From Eledone cirrhosa (taxonomy: Eukaryota), in assembly GCA_964016885.1 (NCBI GenBank), contig OZ024759.1, positions 34,410,001 through 34,474,000 of the forward strand: DNA of 64,000 nt. Direction: 5' to 3'. Positions 12,936 to 25,024 of this stretch are shown piece after piece. Under the pieces are notes generated by a model that worked only from the letters and a program-made list of their open reading frames with translations, was not told the origin of the DNA and searched no databases. Both the position numbers and the translations under genes were made by a program. Numbering within the stretch: the first letter of the stretch is position 1; each line of letters opens with the position of its first letter.

Positions 12936-15900
12936 ACCTACATAAACATAAAAATAACCACTACCACAGTCACCAACAGTCTTCTAAACAGGAAACTTCT
13001 TCCTCTTTTTTAGCCATAATGAATCTGGCAAAAGAACTGGAAAAAAACATTCGAGCTATCACCCAGCACCACCCTCCACTATCACCCCACTGCACAAACT
13101 CCCATTGCTGCCATTAACAAACAAACAAATTAACAACACACCAAAACAATTAAAACCATCCACTCTCGCCTCTACATTTTTGCTTAACGCCCAAGGCATC
13201 AGCCCTTCCACCAATACTCAAAAATGGAAGATCAAATTCCTGGAGGACTGGATTGATGTCCATCCAAACCACATCCCTTTCTTCGTCCTCACTGAAACCC
13301 ATCTCAGTAACCTCCACTTGGAAGCCGAGGTGAAAGTGAAAAATTTCAAAGCCATCCGTGCTGATCGCGCTGGCAGAAGAAAGGGCGGAACTGCCATTTA
13401 TGTCCATAATTCTTTCTCAACAGAGGCTATGAACATATTCACTAATGGATACTGTGAGGCAGTCACTGTATTCAGTCAAACCAACAACCTATTAGTAGTT
13501 GGGCTCTATAGGCCACCCCAAACGCCTGTACCATGCTTCAAGGAATGCCTCAACAGCATAAAGTGTTTCATCCAAGAGTGTCACCCTGACAACATCTTAA
13601 TGATGGGGGACTTCAACCTCCCCGGAGTTGACTGGTCCACAAACACCCTGCCACCAGGTTCTTCTGCCTCAACCTCTGACAGGGAAGCTGTGGAATCGCT
13701 TCTTGACTTCATGGATGATTTCTTCCTATCCCAACTAGTGCTCGAACCAACGAGGTGCCACAAAAACGTCCTAGACTTAATTTTCAGCAATCACACTGAC
13801 AATATCCACAATATTGCAGTGGAGAAAACTCTACTCTCTGATCATGACATGGTTCTCTGTGATCTGAGATTCCACCGTCCAATATACAAACCCAATGTCA
13901 TTTCTCCTGTCCATCCGTTTGACGCTATGGATTTCCACAATGCAAACTGGGAAGCGATCAGTCATGATCTTGCACATGTCGACTGGTCCTTCACGCACAC
14001 TCATACACCCACTAACATCAAAAAGTCCTGGCAGACATTTGTGGACACTGTTACAAACATATGTGCTAAACACACCCCATTAAGAACTATAAACAAATCT
14101 AAGAGCAGAATCCCTAGAAATAGAAAAACACTCATCAGAAAAATTAAGAGAACGAACAAAAAAATCAACAAGCTGAAATACTGTCAGCAGCAACACATCA
14201 ACTTGACTGCCATTTCATCACTAGAGATTAAAAAACATAACCTCCAAAACAACATAATGTCCCTCATCAACAATCAGAGAAGAGCTGAAGAGGCCTGGGC
14301 CATTGAGAAGATCAAACTCAATCCCAAAGTGTTCTTTTCATTTGCAAAAAAACACAAAATCACTGGCTCTACTGTTGGCCCTCTAATTGATGAAAATGGC
14401 ACTCTTCAAGACAATGCTAAAACCATGGGTGAGATACTGCAGAAACAATACTGCTCTGTTTTCAGCAATCCTGATATGGCCGATCTGGGCTGTATCGGCG
14501 ATGTTACTCCCCATTACACCTTATCGGACATAACGTTTGGCGCCCCTGATGTCTTGGCGGCAATAAAGGAAATCAAGCATAATTCAGCAGTAGGTCCCGA
14601 TAGGTTCCCTGCTTGTGTCTTGAAGGCGTGTCAACACCAACTTGCTTCTCCTCTTGCCAATCTGTGGCGGAACTCACTGGATGCTGGATATGTGCCAGAA
14701 AACCTTCTATCCCAGTCTGTTGTCCCAGTTTTCAAAAAGGGAAACAAATCCCTTGCCGTGAATTACCGTCCAATCTCACTCACCTCTCATATCATTAAGG
14801 TATTTGAGCGAGTGGTGAGATCGCGAATGACCCACTTCCTTGAGAGTAACAATATGCTGAACTCCAACCAGCATGGATTCCGTAATGGAAGGGATTGCCT
14901 GACGCAACTACTGCATCACTTTGATGACATTTTGAGAGCCTTGGGAGAGGGTTCCAACACTGATGTTATCTACCTTGATTTCAGCAAGGCCTTTGACAGG
15001 GTTGATCATAACATTCTACTGAGAAAGCTGTCCAATATTGGTGTCACTGGAAAGCTGCTGCAGTGGATCAAGAGCTTCCTGTCAAACAGAACCCAACATG
15101 TTGTAGTTGAGGGAGTCAAATCAAGCCCAGCCAAAGTCAGTAGTGGAGTCCCACAAGGCACTGTGTTGGGCCCACTTCTCTTCATCATCTATATTAATGA
15201 CATCACTGACATCATCAAACACAGCAACATTAAAATTTTCGCTGATGATTCCAAGCTCCAAAAGGTCATCAATGGCGTGGATGACCGGATAAGCCTTCAG
15301 TCAGACCTACTGGCTGTTACCCAATGGGCAGAAAAGAACAACATGCTACTGAACGAAGACAAATTCGAACTGATCCACTTTGGAAAAGAGGATGCTCTGA
15401 AACTCCCGTACTCCCTTCCCTCCGGGGAAACTCTCGTGGCATCTAACAACATCAGAGACTTGGGAGTAACCGTGGACAGCAACATAAGCTGGACCACGCA
15501 TATAAGCAGCAAAGTTGACATGGCCCGCAGAATGTGTTCCTGGATCCTCAGAACCTTCCAGTCGAGAGATTCCCGCACCATTATCCTTCTCTTCTCTACT
15601 TTCGCCCGACCACACCTTGAATACTGTTGTCCACTGTGGTCTCCCCACACGAAACAAAGTATCATGAAACTTGAAGCTCCTCAAAGGGCAATCACGAAAA
15701 AGATAGATGGCATGTCAGACCTTGACTACTGGGGTCGATTGGAAAACCTGAAACTTTACTCACTCCAACGTCGCCGTGAGCGTTATATTATCTGCATGAT
15801 GTGGAAAATGTTCCATCATCACTGCCCAAATGATGTTGGCATCGCCTTCAAGATACACCCAAGGCTTGGGCCCCGTGCTATCCGTCCCATTCAAAAATCT

Positions 15901-16211
15901 AAATCGCAACTCATAACAACAATACGGCACAATTATTTCACCTCAATCGGCCCTGCTCTCTTCAACATCACACCAGGACACGTCAAAACAGAAACTGACC
16001 ACACAAAATTCAAGAAGTCTTTGGACAAATTCCTCCAAGTAATCCCGGACAAACCACCCACACCCGGATATGTCTCCGCAAACAGTAATTCTCTTCTCGA
16101 ATGGGCCATGGTGCCCAAATCCTGAATTGAAAGACTTCGCCAGGTGGTGCTATTAAGTTAGACATGGCCTGGGCCAATACTGGCCAAAACATTTCAAAGT
16201 TATTCAAAGTT
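12936..16211 (+). mobile_element. 5'-truncated CR1/L2-group LINE inserted in (TA)n
   Basis: Putative ORF1 tail plus intact ORF2 plus short 3'UTR ending (TTCAAAGTTA)2; TA tracts on both sides. Confidence 0.88.
13105..16125 (+). CDS. LINE ORF2: APE endonuclease + reverse transcriptase (frame open from 12988; true start uncertain)
   Basis: EN motifs LNAQG, LTETHL, GGTAIYV, YRPP, GDFN, PTR, LDLIF, SDH; RT motifs [42 protein letters not shown]; CR1-like RPHLEYC..WSP and L.SL..RR. Confidence 0.95.
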   Translation: MLPLTNKQINNTPKQLKPSTLASTFLLNAQGISPSTNTQKWKIKFLEDWIDVHPNHIPFFVLTETHLSNLHLEAEVKVKNFKAIRADRAGRRKGGTAIYVHNSFSTEAMNIFTNGYCEAVTVFSQTNNLLVVGLYRPPQTPVPCFKECLNSIKCFIQECHPDNILMMGDFNLPGVDWSTNTLPPGSSASTSDREAVESLLDFMDDFFLSQLVLEPTRCHKNVLDLIFSNHTDNIHNIAVEKTLLSDHDMVLCDLRFHRPIYKPNVISPVHPFDAMDFHNANWEAISHDLAHVDWSFTHTHTPTNIKKSWQTFVDTVTNICAKHTPLRTINKSKSRIPRNRKTLIRKIKRTNKKINKLKYCQQQHINLTAISSLEIKKHNLQNNIMSLINNQRRAEEAWAIEKIKLNPKVFFSFAKKHKITGSTVGPLIDENGTLQDNAKTMGEILQKQYCSVFSNPDMADLGCIGDVTPHYTLSDITFGAPDVLAAIKEIKHNSAVGPDRFPACVLKACQHQLASPLANLWRNSLDAGYVPENLLSQSVVPVFKKGNKSLAVNYRPISLTSHIIKVFERVVRSRMTHFLESNNMLNSNQHGFRNGRDCLTQLLHHFDDILRALGEGSNTDVIYLDFSKAFDRVDHNILLRKLSNIGVTGKLLQWIKSFLSNRTQHVVVEGVKSSPAKVSSGVPQGTVLGPLLFIIYINDITDIIKHSNIKIFADDSKLQKVINGVDDRISLQSDLLAVTQWAEKNNMLLNEDKFELIHFGKEDALKLPYSLPSGETLVASNNIRDLGVTVDSNISWTTHISSKVDMARRMCSWILRTFQSRDSRTIILLFSTFARPHLEYCCPLWSPHTKQSIMKLEAPQRAITKKIDGMSDLDYWGRLENLKLYSLQRRRERYIICMMWKMFHHHCPNDVGIAFKIHPRLGPRAIRPIQKSKSQLITTIRHNYFTSIGPALFNITPGHVKTETDHTKFKKSLDKFLQVIPDKPPTPGYVSANSNSLLEWAMVPKS

Positions 16212-16261
16212 ATATATATATATACATATATATATATACATACACATATATATATATACAT

Positions 16262-16364
<103 letters not shown>

Positions 16365-16744
16365 TACATATATACATATATACATATATACATATATATA
16401 TAGAGAGTTTAGCCATCAGATAATGTGATCACCGACGTCGTTGCTAGAGTATGCCCGAACCATGCCAGAAGATGAGAAAATAAAAAGACCAGAAAAATAC
16501 TGTGAAATCGAAGGTAATTGCTTTGTGGGGGTGATAGGATTGGGTGTTCTGTTGGCTGTCGGTATCGATCTATCAAAATTGTAAGGGATGCGAGTAGTAG
16601 GGTAGTGGTAAGGGGTGTGTTGATTGATTAAAAGGCGCTGAAAACGTCAACAAGAACGAAAAATAAGTTTCCTGGACTTCTATAATGAAAATAGGAGAAT
16701 TTCTTGAATAATTCTTGTAGTTTTTCTTGTCATTCCTGTTTCTT

Positions 16745-16997
16745 TCGTTGTTGTTGTTGTTGTTGTTGTTGTTGATGTTGCTGTTGTTGTTGTTGGTGTT
16801 TTTATGGTTGTTGTTGTTATCGTTGTTCTTGTTGCTGTTGTCCTCGTTGCTGTCGTTTTTGCAGTGGTTTTTCTTACTGTTATTGCTGTTGCTATTGTCG
16901 TTGTTGTTTTTTGTTTTATTATTGTTGCCATTGTTGCTGCTGTTGGTGTTGTTGTTGTTGTTGTTGTTGCTGTTGTTGTTGTTGTTGTTGTTGTTTG
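16745..16997. repeat. (GTT)n degenerate repeat
   Basis: Direct inspection. Confidence 0.9.
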
Positions 16998-17095
16998 TAG
17001 TGCGATGTTTGCGTGTCGTTCCGTCGAAAGAAATTTCTTTCCACAGCACACCTGAAATGTATTAGGGGAAAAAAAGCAAAAACGAAGTGATCGAG

Positions 17096-17213
<118 letters not shown>

Positions 17214-17237
17214 AGAAAGAACAATAGCAAACACAAC

Positions 17238-17430
17238 AATTGTAATGGTTTCTTATTTAGGCACAAGGCCAGCAATTTGGGAAGATGGGAAAGTCGATTA
17301 AATTCCTCCTAGTGTATTACTGGTACTTTATTTTATCAACTCTGCCGTAAAGATGAGAGGCAAAGCTAACCTCGGCAAGATAAGAACTCATAACGTAAAG
17401 GGCCGTAACTCTATGCCACAAAGCATGGTG
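17238..17430 (-). mobile_element. tRNA-derived SINE (type 1, Meta-domain-like)
   Basis: Reverse complement of gagttc..gccgaggtt..ctttgcct.tcatc..gataaaataaagtaccagtaat..ggccttgtgcc. Confidence 0.72.
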
Positions 17431-17463
17431 CCCGAGTGATAACTAATAATCTATTTTATCTGT

Positions 17464-17681
17464 CATAAGTGTATCTGATAAAGGTAACAACATAAAGACT
17501 AGTTACACCGCCAGGAAAGATAATAGGTAATGCCTGCCCCAAATCAGATGGACTTCCACTACGACAGGTCAAGGCTACTAAATGTTTAGCCAGCAAACCC
17601 TGACCTACAAACCAACATAAGTATCTGATAAAGGTAACAACATAAAGACAAGTTACACGGCGAGAAAAGATAATAGGTAAC
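17464..17681. repeat. ~65-bp direct duplication ~152 bp apart
   Basis: tatctgataaaggtaacaacataaagac.agttacac..aaagataataggtaa occurs twice. Confidence 0.8.
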
Positions 17682-17865
17682 AAGTATATATAGTATAACA
17701 ATTAGGTATTGTATAGAATTATAGGTATTGAGTCCTCTAGATATAGGGACGTGTAATATCTGAGGGTAATTGTGGGACCCTAGAGAACTGCATTCACCCT
17801 TGGGCCCTAGTGGCACTTTGTACTTTCCCGACTGTCAAATATTACCATTAACATAACTTCTACCG

Positions 17866-17877
17866 ACTACTACAACA

Positions 17878-17917
<40 letters not shown>

Positions 17918-18237
17918 ATACTACTACTACTACTACTACTACAAATACTACTTCTACCACTACTACCACCGACACTACTACTACTACTACTACCACTACC
18001 ACCACTACCACTACTACCACCACCAATACTACTACCACTATCACCACCACCACTACTACCACCACCACCACCATCACCACTACTACCACTACCACCACTA
18101 CTACTACTACTACTACCACCACTACCACCACTATATACTACCACTAGTACCACCACCAATATTACTACCACTACCACCACTACTACCACTACCACTACTA
18201 CTACTACAACTACTACTACTACCACTACTACCACCGA

Positions 18238-18276
<39 letters not shown>

Positions 18277-18509
18277 TACCACTACTACCACTACCAATAC
18301 TACTACCACTATCACCACCACCACTACTACCACCACCACCACCATCACCACTACTACCACTACCACCACTACTACTACTACTACTACCACCACTACCACC
18401 ACTATATACTACCACTAGTACCACCACCAATATTACTACCACTACAACCACTACTACCACTACCACTACTACTACTACAACTACTACTACTACCACTACT
18501 ACCACCGAC

Positions 18510-18541
<32 letters not shown>

Positions 18542-18622
18542 TACCACTACTACCACCACCAATACTACTACCACTATCACCACCACCACTACTACCACCA
18601 CCACCACTACCACCACCACCAT

Positions 18623-18655
<33 letters not shown>

Positions 18656-18660
18656 AACTA
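17866..18660. repeat. (ACT/ACC)n array with ~270-290-bp higher-order repeats
   Basis: Marker caccgacac recurs three times; cactatatactacc recurs twice. Confidence 0.85.
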
Positions 18661-19620
18661 CGAGAGGGAGTGAAATGAAAGCCCCCACCAAGATGAAATT
18701 AGTACAGCTGACAGATCGATAGCTGACTGTTTTATTTATTCCATTGTTGTGTATAGGTGTGGGAGGGTGTGGTGGTGGCGGTGTGTGTAGTGGTGGTATG
18801 TGAGGCTGTGTGTGTGGTGGTGTGGGAGGGTGTAGTGTGTGGTGTGCTGGTGGTGTGTGAGGCTGTGTGTGTTGTGTGGTGTGTGTGGGTGTAGAGTGGT
18901 GTGTGTGTGTGTAGTGGTGGTGTATGCATTCGGAATGTGTGGGTGTAGAGGGTGTATATGTGTGTATGTGTGGGGGGTGTACGTGTGGGAGGGTGTGTAA
19001 GGGAAGTGTGTTACTTTATCACTGTGTGTGTGAGTGTCTCTGTGTGAGTGTGTGTGTGTGTGTGTGTGTTAGTGCTGATGTGTGTTAGTGCTGATGTGTG
19101 TATGTGTCTGTGTCGGTATGTGTGTATGTTTGTGTGAGTGTCTGTGTGTGTGTGTGTTAGTTCTGCTGTGGGAGTGTATCTGTGTGTGTTTGTGTGAGTG
19201 TCTCTCTGTGTGTGTTTGTGTGTGAGTGTCTATGGGTGTTTGTGTGAGTGTCTGTGTGTGTGTGTGTGTTAGTGTTGCTGTGTGAGTGTCTGTGTGTGTG
19301 AGGGAGTGTTGGTATTTTCTTAGTAAATTTCTTGCTCAACGTTGTCAAATAAATGGCTGTACTTTGTAAATTCAATTCCTGCAGGGGAACATGAGAATAA
19401 CACACAGTCTTTTTAATTACACTCTGGTAAACAACCACAACAGCAACAACAACATAAATACAGTCCCGTTCACAACACAAAAACCACTCAAAACAAACCA
19501 TGTCACAAAATAAACCAAACCCACCCTAAAACCGCACAAAACCGTACAAACCAAACCAGGTCACAAAACCACCCAATACAATCGCAAAGTATAAATATTG
19601 ATACATCTACTCCTATTTAG

Positions 19621-19682
<62 letters not shown>

Positions 19683-19832
19683 CCAAGTACCCTGGGCAAT
19701 GTAGTTTCAGAATATATATGGTTATGGGGGTCTATCTCCAAAACCATAGGCGGAATTCGTGAACAAACAAACAGGAATACAACTTTATATATTGGAATAC
19801 TGTTGGCTTCTTGCTACAATACTTGCTATACC

Positions 19833-19867
<35 letters not shown>

Positions 19868-19870
<3 letters not shown>

Positions 19871-19920
19871 GTAGAACACTGGAAGGTAATATCCGTAGTG
19901 GTAGAGCACTCAGTCCATTA
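19868..19920 (-). mobile_element. Family F tail abutting (TA)n
   Basis: aggtagaacactggaaggtaatatccgtagtggtagagcactcagtccat is identical at 52671-52720. Confidence 0.65.
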
Positions 19921-20045
19921 ATAGAGACTAGCAGAAAACCGGCCCCCGAGCGGTTTTCTGCTACCTTGTATAGTGTGGATATTGGTATTATACGCAAATA
20001 TATATGCATATAGATATATGTAAATTAAAAAGTAAGTTGACAATA

Positions 20046-20715
20046 TCTTCTTCTTCACCCAGTTATTTCTGAGAGGGTCGTGGGGACTAGTCCTTCTCAA
20101 ACACTCCTTCCAGCGAGTCTGTCAGTAGCAAACATCTCTAACTGATCCAGCTGGATCCCAAAGCGTGACCAGCCAAGCTGTTATCCAACTATCTTGCTCA
20201 AGGTCTACCTCTGGGTCTCCTACCGGTTGTTTTTGCCTGTAAAATGTGTCCAGCTATTCTTTACTGAGACATTCTAACCACATACTCATAATATCGGAGT
20301 TGTGATCTCTCAATTCGGAGAAGTAGCGGCTCTACTAGGAGTGACTCTCTGGTCTCTGAGTTATGCACTTTATCGAGTAACGTTACCTCAAAGACCCTTC
20401 GGAGGAATCCCATTTCTGCCGCTTTTATTTGAAATTGTATTCTTTTGGTCATTACTCAAGATTCATGATCCTCAGTAAGAGTTGGCAGGAATACCAGGAA
20501 GACAGCGGGTGTGGCTTTTACACCTACCCCGCTGCATCTGATTGCTGAGGCAGGCGCTTTACTGCATCAGCTTTTGCAATTCTTGCACTTAATTCAGCCT
20601 CCTGCATTCCATCACTCATGAACACGGCTCCAAGATACTTGAACTTCTCTAACTGCTTCAGTAGAACTCCATTCACATGTATATACATTTGAGGGACTTC
20701 TGTCCACCCGTCCAT
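20046..20715 (-). pseudogene. Decayed RTE-clade LINE 3' portion
   Basis: KFKYLG..F.SDG..EAELSARIAKA; AAEMGFLRRV..VTLLDKV.NS..RESL.VEPLLLRIERSQLR; GRRPRGRP; (GAA)n tail. Confidence 0.85.
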
Positions 20716-20902
20716 TGCGCAATGTGTATGAGTGTTTGTGTGAATGTATGTGAGTGTAAAAGGAAGGAAAGGGATACACACATATATATGTCTAACTTAA
20801 AAACAGTGACACACACACACACACGTGTCTCTAATTTAAGAACGCCGACAAACTCACGCGCGCGCACATACACTGTCCTATTACCACTCAAGAGCTTTGG
20901 CC

Positions 20903-21286
20903 CGGGCCAACATCCCTTCAATTTTGGAACCGTCTGGGTTGTCCTGACTTGACGGTCTTACTTTGTGCTCCTGGTCAAGAGGCAGGTGCTTATCTGAGGC
21001 GTCACACTTAGTGACTCTTTTGCTTCTTCCCACATCCTGGATGCAGCGATAAGGGCGAGAGCTACAGCATCCGCAGCTGAACGGAACAAAATCCTAAAAT
21101 AGTTTGTTCTGTCAGCTAACTACATTATCCATCCTGTGGAGTTCGGGACGTTTGGGGGAGTCGGGCTACTGACAGCGAGGCTCTTATCTTCACTGGCAGC
21201 TCGCCAAACAGAGGTAACTGGTGATGCTCGTGAGGGCACTTGGTTGTTCCAGCACCTCAGCCTCGCCATCACCCTAGGTAATGCTT
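20903..21286 (+). pseudogene. Decayed CRE-type non-LTR retrotransposon C-terminal restriction-like endonuclease region
   Basis: ANIPSILEPSGL..DGLTLCSWSRGRCL..VTLSDSFASSHI..ATASAAERNK..P.EFGTFGG.G..TGDAREGTWLFQHLSLAITLGNA, with stops and frameshifts. Confidence 0.72.
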
Positions 21287-21480
21287 GCCTCAAAAATTAT
21301 TAGAGAGGTTTCCCAGTGCTCCTCACTACATTGCTATCTTTTGCTCTGGCAGCTTCTCGTTTGTCCACCCCTTTCGCCTGCCTTTTGTTGATGTTGTCTA
21401 AGATGTGTGTCTTATCTGCTTGTGTATTTTTTCTCTTCCTTTTTTTTCCTGTCTCTTTCCTTTTTTATATATTATATTCA

Positions 21481-21860
21481 ATTGGCAGTATCGGTAGAGG
21501 GTTGGACGCCATGTTTTCCAGCATAGTTACGTCCCTTTACGGTCTGTGTTCAAATCCCGTCGAGGTTAACTTTACCTTTCATCCTTACGGGGGTCGTCTG
21601 GGTAAGTACCAGTAAAGAACTCGGATAATTGCTGACCTTGTGCCAAAAGTATAAACGATTATTAAAAGGGTGATGGATTGGCAGTATCGGCAGAGGGTCG
21701 GATGCCATGCTTTGCAGCATAGAGTTACGGCCCTTTACGATCTGAGTTCAAATCCCACCGAGGTTAACTTTGCCTTTCATCCTTAAGGGGTCGATAAAAT
21801 AAAGTTCCAGTAATGCACTGGGTAATTGCTGGCCTTGTGCCAAAAGTAGAAACAATTATA
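21481..21860 (+). mobile_element. Two tandem type 1 SINEs (21481-21662, 21668-21860)
   Basis: B-box GTTCAAATCC; ccgaggttaactttgcctttcatcctt..ggggtcgataaaataaagt.ccag; tail ccttgtgccaaaagta. Confidence 0.8.
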
Positions 21861-22618
21861 TTAAATGAGTTAAAAAAATAAGAGTTAATAAATAAATAAA
21901 CAAAACGTTATACATGTTTTACCCTCCCATTTCCACTTCACCGAACGCTATCATGACTGTATGTGTGTGTTTGTATAAATGTATATGTGTGAATGTATGT
22001 GTGGTGGTGGCGGTGGCGGCGGCGATATACCGGAAGTGCAACTTTGAAAAGAAGTCAATTTTAAATTATTTGTTTTTACGAATTTAATTATGTTTACGAA
22101 GCTTGGTACATAAATTATGTAATATTCATTAATTATTTATTCAAAGTAATCCAACTTATTTTACTAACTGGATTACAAGAAATAAACCGTACGCAGTGCC
22201 GCAGATTTTATTATAGTTTTCATGGTGGATACATCTACGTGCCTGTTAAATATTTTCTGTTTACCGTGAGCCAATAATGTCCCGACTGGAAGGGGCGTGT
22301 GTATTTTTGTGAGTAACTTTATCCCAAAACTAAATTTCGGAACAGTGTGTAGGACTGGAGTTATGTTTATCGATGTTAAACTAAAAATAAACTTTGAAAG
22401 AAACAAAACATTCGCTGCTGTTGTTTCACTCTAAGCGATGCCATGTTGAAGTATGTTCCAAGCGACAGTAAACAGAAAGAAACTAACGGAGAAAATTACC
22501 TTTATGGATGATGTTTAATGTTTTAAGGTAAGGAAACTCCTATTGAATATCATATATATTGAAATCTTAAGCAAGATAATCAGAACCAAACTACCAAGAA
22601 TAGTTTATATATATAATA

Positions 22619-22664
<46 letters not shown>

Positions 22665-22999
22665 GTATATATAGGGAGCAGGTTAGAGATTGAAAAAATT
22701 GAACTTGCATTTTTTGTTTGTAATTTTTTTCCTCATAAAGGGTGTACCAAAGAATGTATACACACTTCAACAGCATTCTAATCAAAATCTACATACATTT
22801 TGGGGTGGAGATGTATATACATTTTGTGATGGACATCTTGTATATATATATATATTTGTTTTGTTTTTTACCGACTTATAAATATTAATATGTTAATTTA
22901 TGAAACTAAAAAAACTATTACTGTACACAAAACATTAAACAAATGACAATATAATGATGGGGCGAGGATCCTTTTTGTATCTCCTATGTTTAATTATTT

Positions 23000-23165
23000 A
23001 AGGGATGGTTGTTGGGGGTAGACTCCTCAAACACTCCTTCTAACCGTTCCTCAGAAGCAACTCTCCCTGGAGGGGGCCAAACGAGATCATGGATATTATC
23101 TAACCCTCATGCCAGGGGTCTACTCTCTGGATCTCCTGCGGGTTGCTTTATACCCTTAAAATCTG
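23000..23165 (-). mobile_element. Degenerate RTE 3' fragment
   Basis: Similar to 20075-20235 (ctcaaacactccttc..ggtctac.ctctgg.tctcct). Confidence 0.5.
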
Positions 23166-23411
23166 TTCAGCCATTTTCTCCTGAAGTGTTCTTCTTTTGA
23201 TATAATTTTAGGGAAAGCAGACTCATCATTTAGCTTTAGATACTCCAACATAGACACCTGGGTTAAGGTACGCCAGTAAGGGACCACATCCCCACCATCA
23301 CCACCATATGGATGTATATCTAAGATGTTACTCTCAGACTAATTAACGCTAAGCTCATTAATTTCTCTCTGTTAATTAATGGTTTATTCTATTACATATT
23401 TCTATGACATG

Positions 23412-23440
23412 TGACCTCTGACCTCTTCGTGTAGAGGTCA
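23412..23440 (-). promoter_or_regulatory. Perfect DR1 nuclear-receptor element plus third half-site
   Basis: TGACCT-C-TGACCT (AGGTCA-G-AGGTCA on minus) and AGGTCA at 23435, in a TAAT-rich unique island. Confidence 0.35.
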
Positions 23441-23559
23441 GTGTTAATAGTAATTCTTTCAACAGTGGACAATAGACATATGTAATAACGTGGTGTTACT
23501 GGTGGTGGCGGTGGTGTCGGTGGTGGTGTCCTCGAGTCAGTGGTGATGAGGGTGGTGGT

Positions 23560-24880
23560 TGTCGTGGTGGTAGTGTTGTGATGGTGGTGGTGTGGTGGTA
23601 GTGGTAGTGGTGGTGTGGTGTTGGTGGCGGAGTGGTGGGGTGGGGTGTTGGTGGCGGAGTGGTGGGGTGGGGTGTTGGTGGCGGAGTGGTGGGGTGGGGT
23701 GGGGTGGTGGCGGAGTGGTGGGAGTGATGGCGGTGTGGTGGGGTGTTGGTGGCGGAGTGGCGGGGTGTTGGTGGTGAGGTGGCGGTGTGGTGGGGTGGCG
23801 GTGCGGTGGGGTGTTGGTGGTGAGGTGTTGGTGACGGTGTGGTGGGGTGTTGGTGGCGGTGTGGTGGGGTGTTGGTGGCGGAGTGGTGGGGTGTTGGTGG
23901 TGAGGTGTTGATGGCGGAGTGGTGGGGTGTCGGTGGGGTGTTGGTGGTGGGGTGTTGGTGGCGCTGCGGTGGGGTGTTGGTGGCGGAGTGGTGGGGTGTT
24001 GGTGGTGAGGTGTTGATGGCGGAGTGGTGGGGTGTCGGTGGGGTGTTGGTGGTGGGGTGTTGGTGGCGGTGCGGTGGGGTGTTGGCGGCGGGGTGGTGGG
24101 GTGTCGGTGGGGTGTTGGTGGCGGGGTGTTGGTGGGGTGTTGGCGGCGGGGTGTTGGTGGCGGTGGGGTTTTTGGTGGCGGAGTGGTGGGGTGTCGGTGG
24201 GGTGTTGGTGGCGGTGGGGTGTTGGCGGCGGGGTGTTGGTGGCGGTGGGGTTTTTGGTGGCGGAGTGGTGGGGTGTCGGTGGGGTGTTGGTGGCGGTGGG
24301 GTGTTGGCGGCGGGGTGTTGGTGGCGGTGGGGTTTTTGGTGGCGGAGTGGTGGGGTGTCGGTGGGGTGTTGGTGGCGGTGGGGTGTTGGCGGCGGGGTGT
24401 TGGTGGCGGAGTGGTGGTGGCGAGGCGGAGGGGCGTTGGTGGCGGTGTGGTGTTGGTGGCGGTGTGGTGGTGGTGGGGTGGTGGGGTGTTGGTGGCGGTG
24501 TGGTGAAGTGTTGGTGGCGGAGTGGCGGGGTGTTGGTGGCGGTGGGGTGTTGGTGGCGGGGTGTTGGTGGCGGTGGGGTGTTGGTGGTGGAGTGGTGCGG
24601 TGTTGGTGACGGTGTGGTGTTGGTGGCGGAGTGGTGGGGTGTTGGTGGCGGTGTGGTGGGGTGTTGGTTGCGGGATGGTGGGGTGTTGGTGGCGATGGGG
24701 TGGGGTAGCGGTGTGGTGGGGTGTTGGTGGCGGTGTGGCGGGGTGGTAGTGGTGGTGGTGGTGGTGGCGGGGTGGTGGGGTGTTGGTGGCGGTGGGGTGG
24801 TGTGGAGGGGTTTGGGTGGGGGTGGGGTGTTTGGGGTGGCGGTGTGGTGCGGTGGGGTGTGGGTGGCGGTGTGTTGGTGT
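23560..24880. repeat. G-rich minisatellite (ggtgttggtggcgg/gtgggg units)
   Basis: Direct inspection; strong strand asymmetry. Confidence 0.92.
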
Positions 24881-24995
24881 GTTGATCAGGTGAAGAAATA
24901 CTCTGGATTTTTTTTTTTCATGTGTTCTGTTTTTTTTTCTTTTGTGTTTCAATTGAAAACAGACGATTGGAATTATTGGCTGTTTTCTGATTAAT

Positions 24996-25024
24996 GACGT
25001 CAGTTAACTTCCGGTTTGCACGTG
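24996..25024. promoter_or_regulatory. CRE + ETS + E-box cluster
   Basis: TGACGTCA-gtta-ACTTCCGG-tttg-CACGTG within 29 bp. Confidence 0.4.

Noticed and set aside
23537-24952. 471-aa Pro/Thr/His-rich mucin- or extensin-like ORF
   Set aside because: Open in several frames on both strands because of the G-rich minisatellite; units are not codon-phased.
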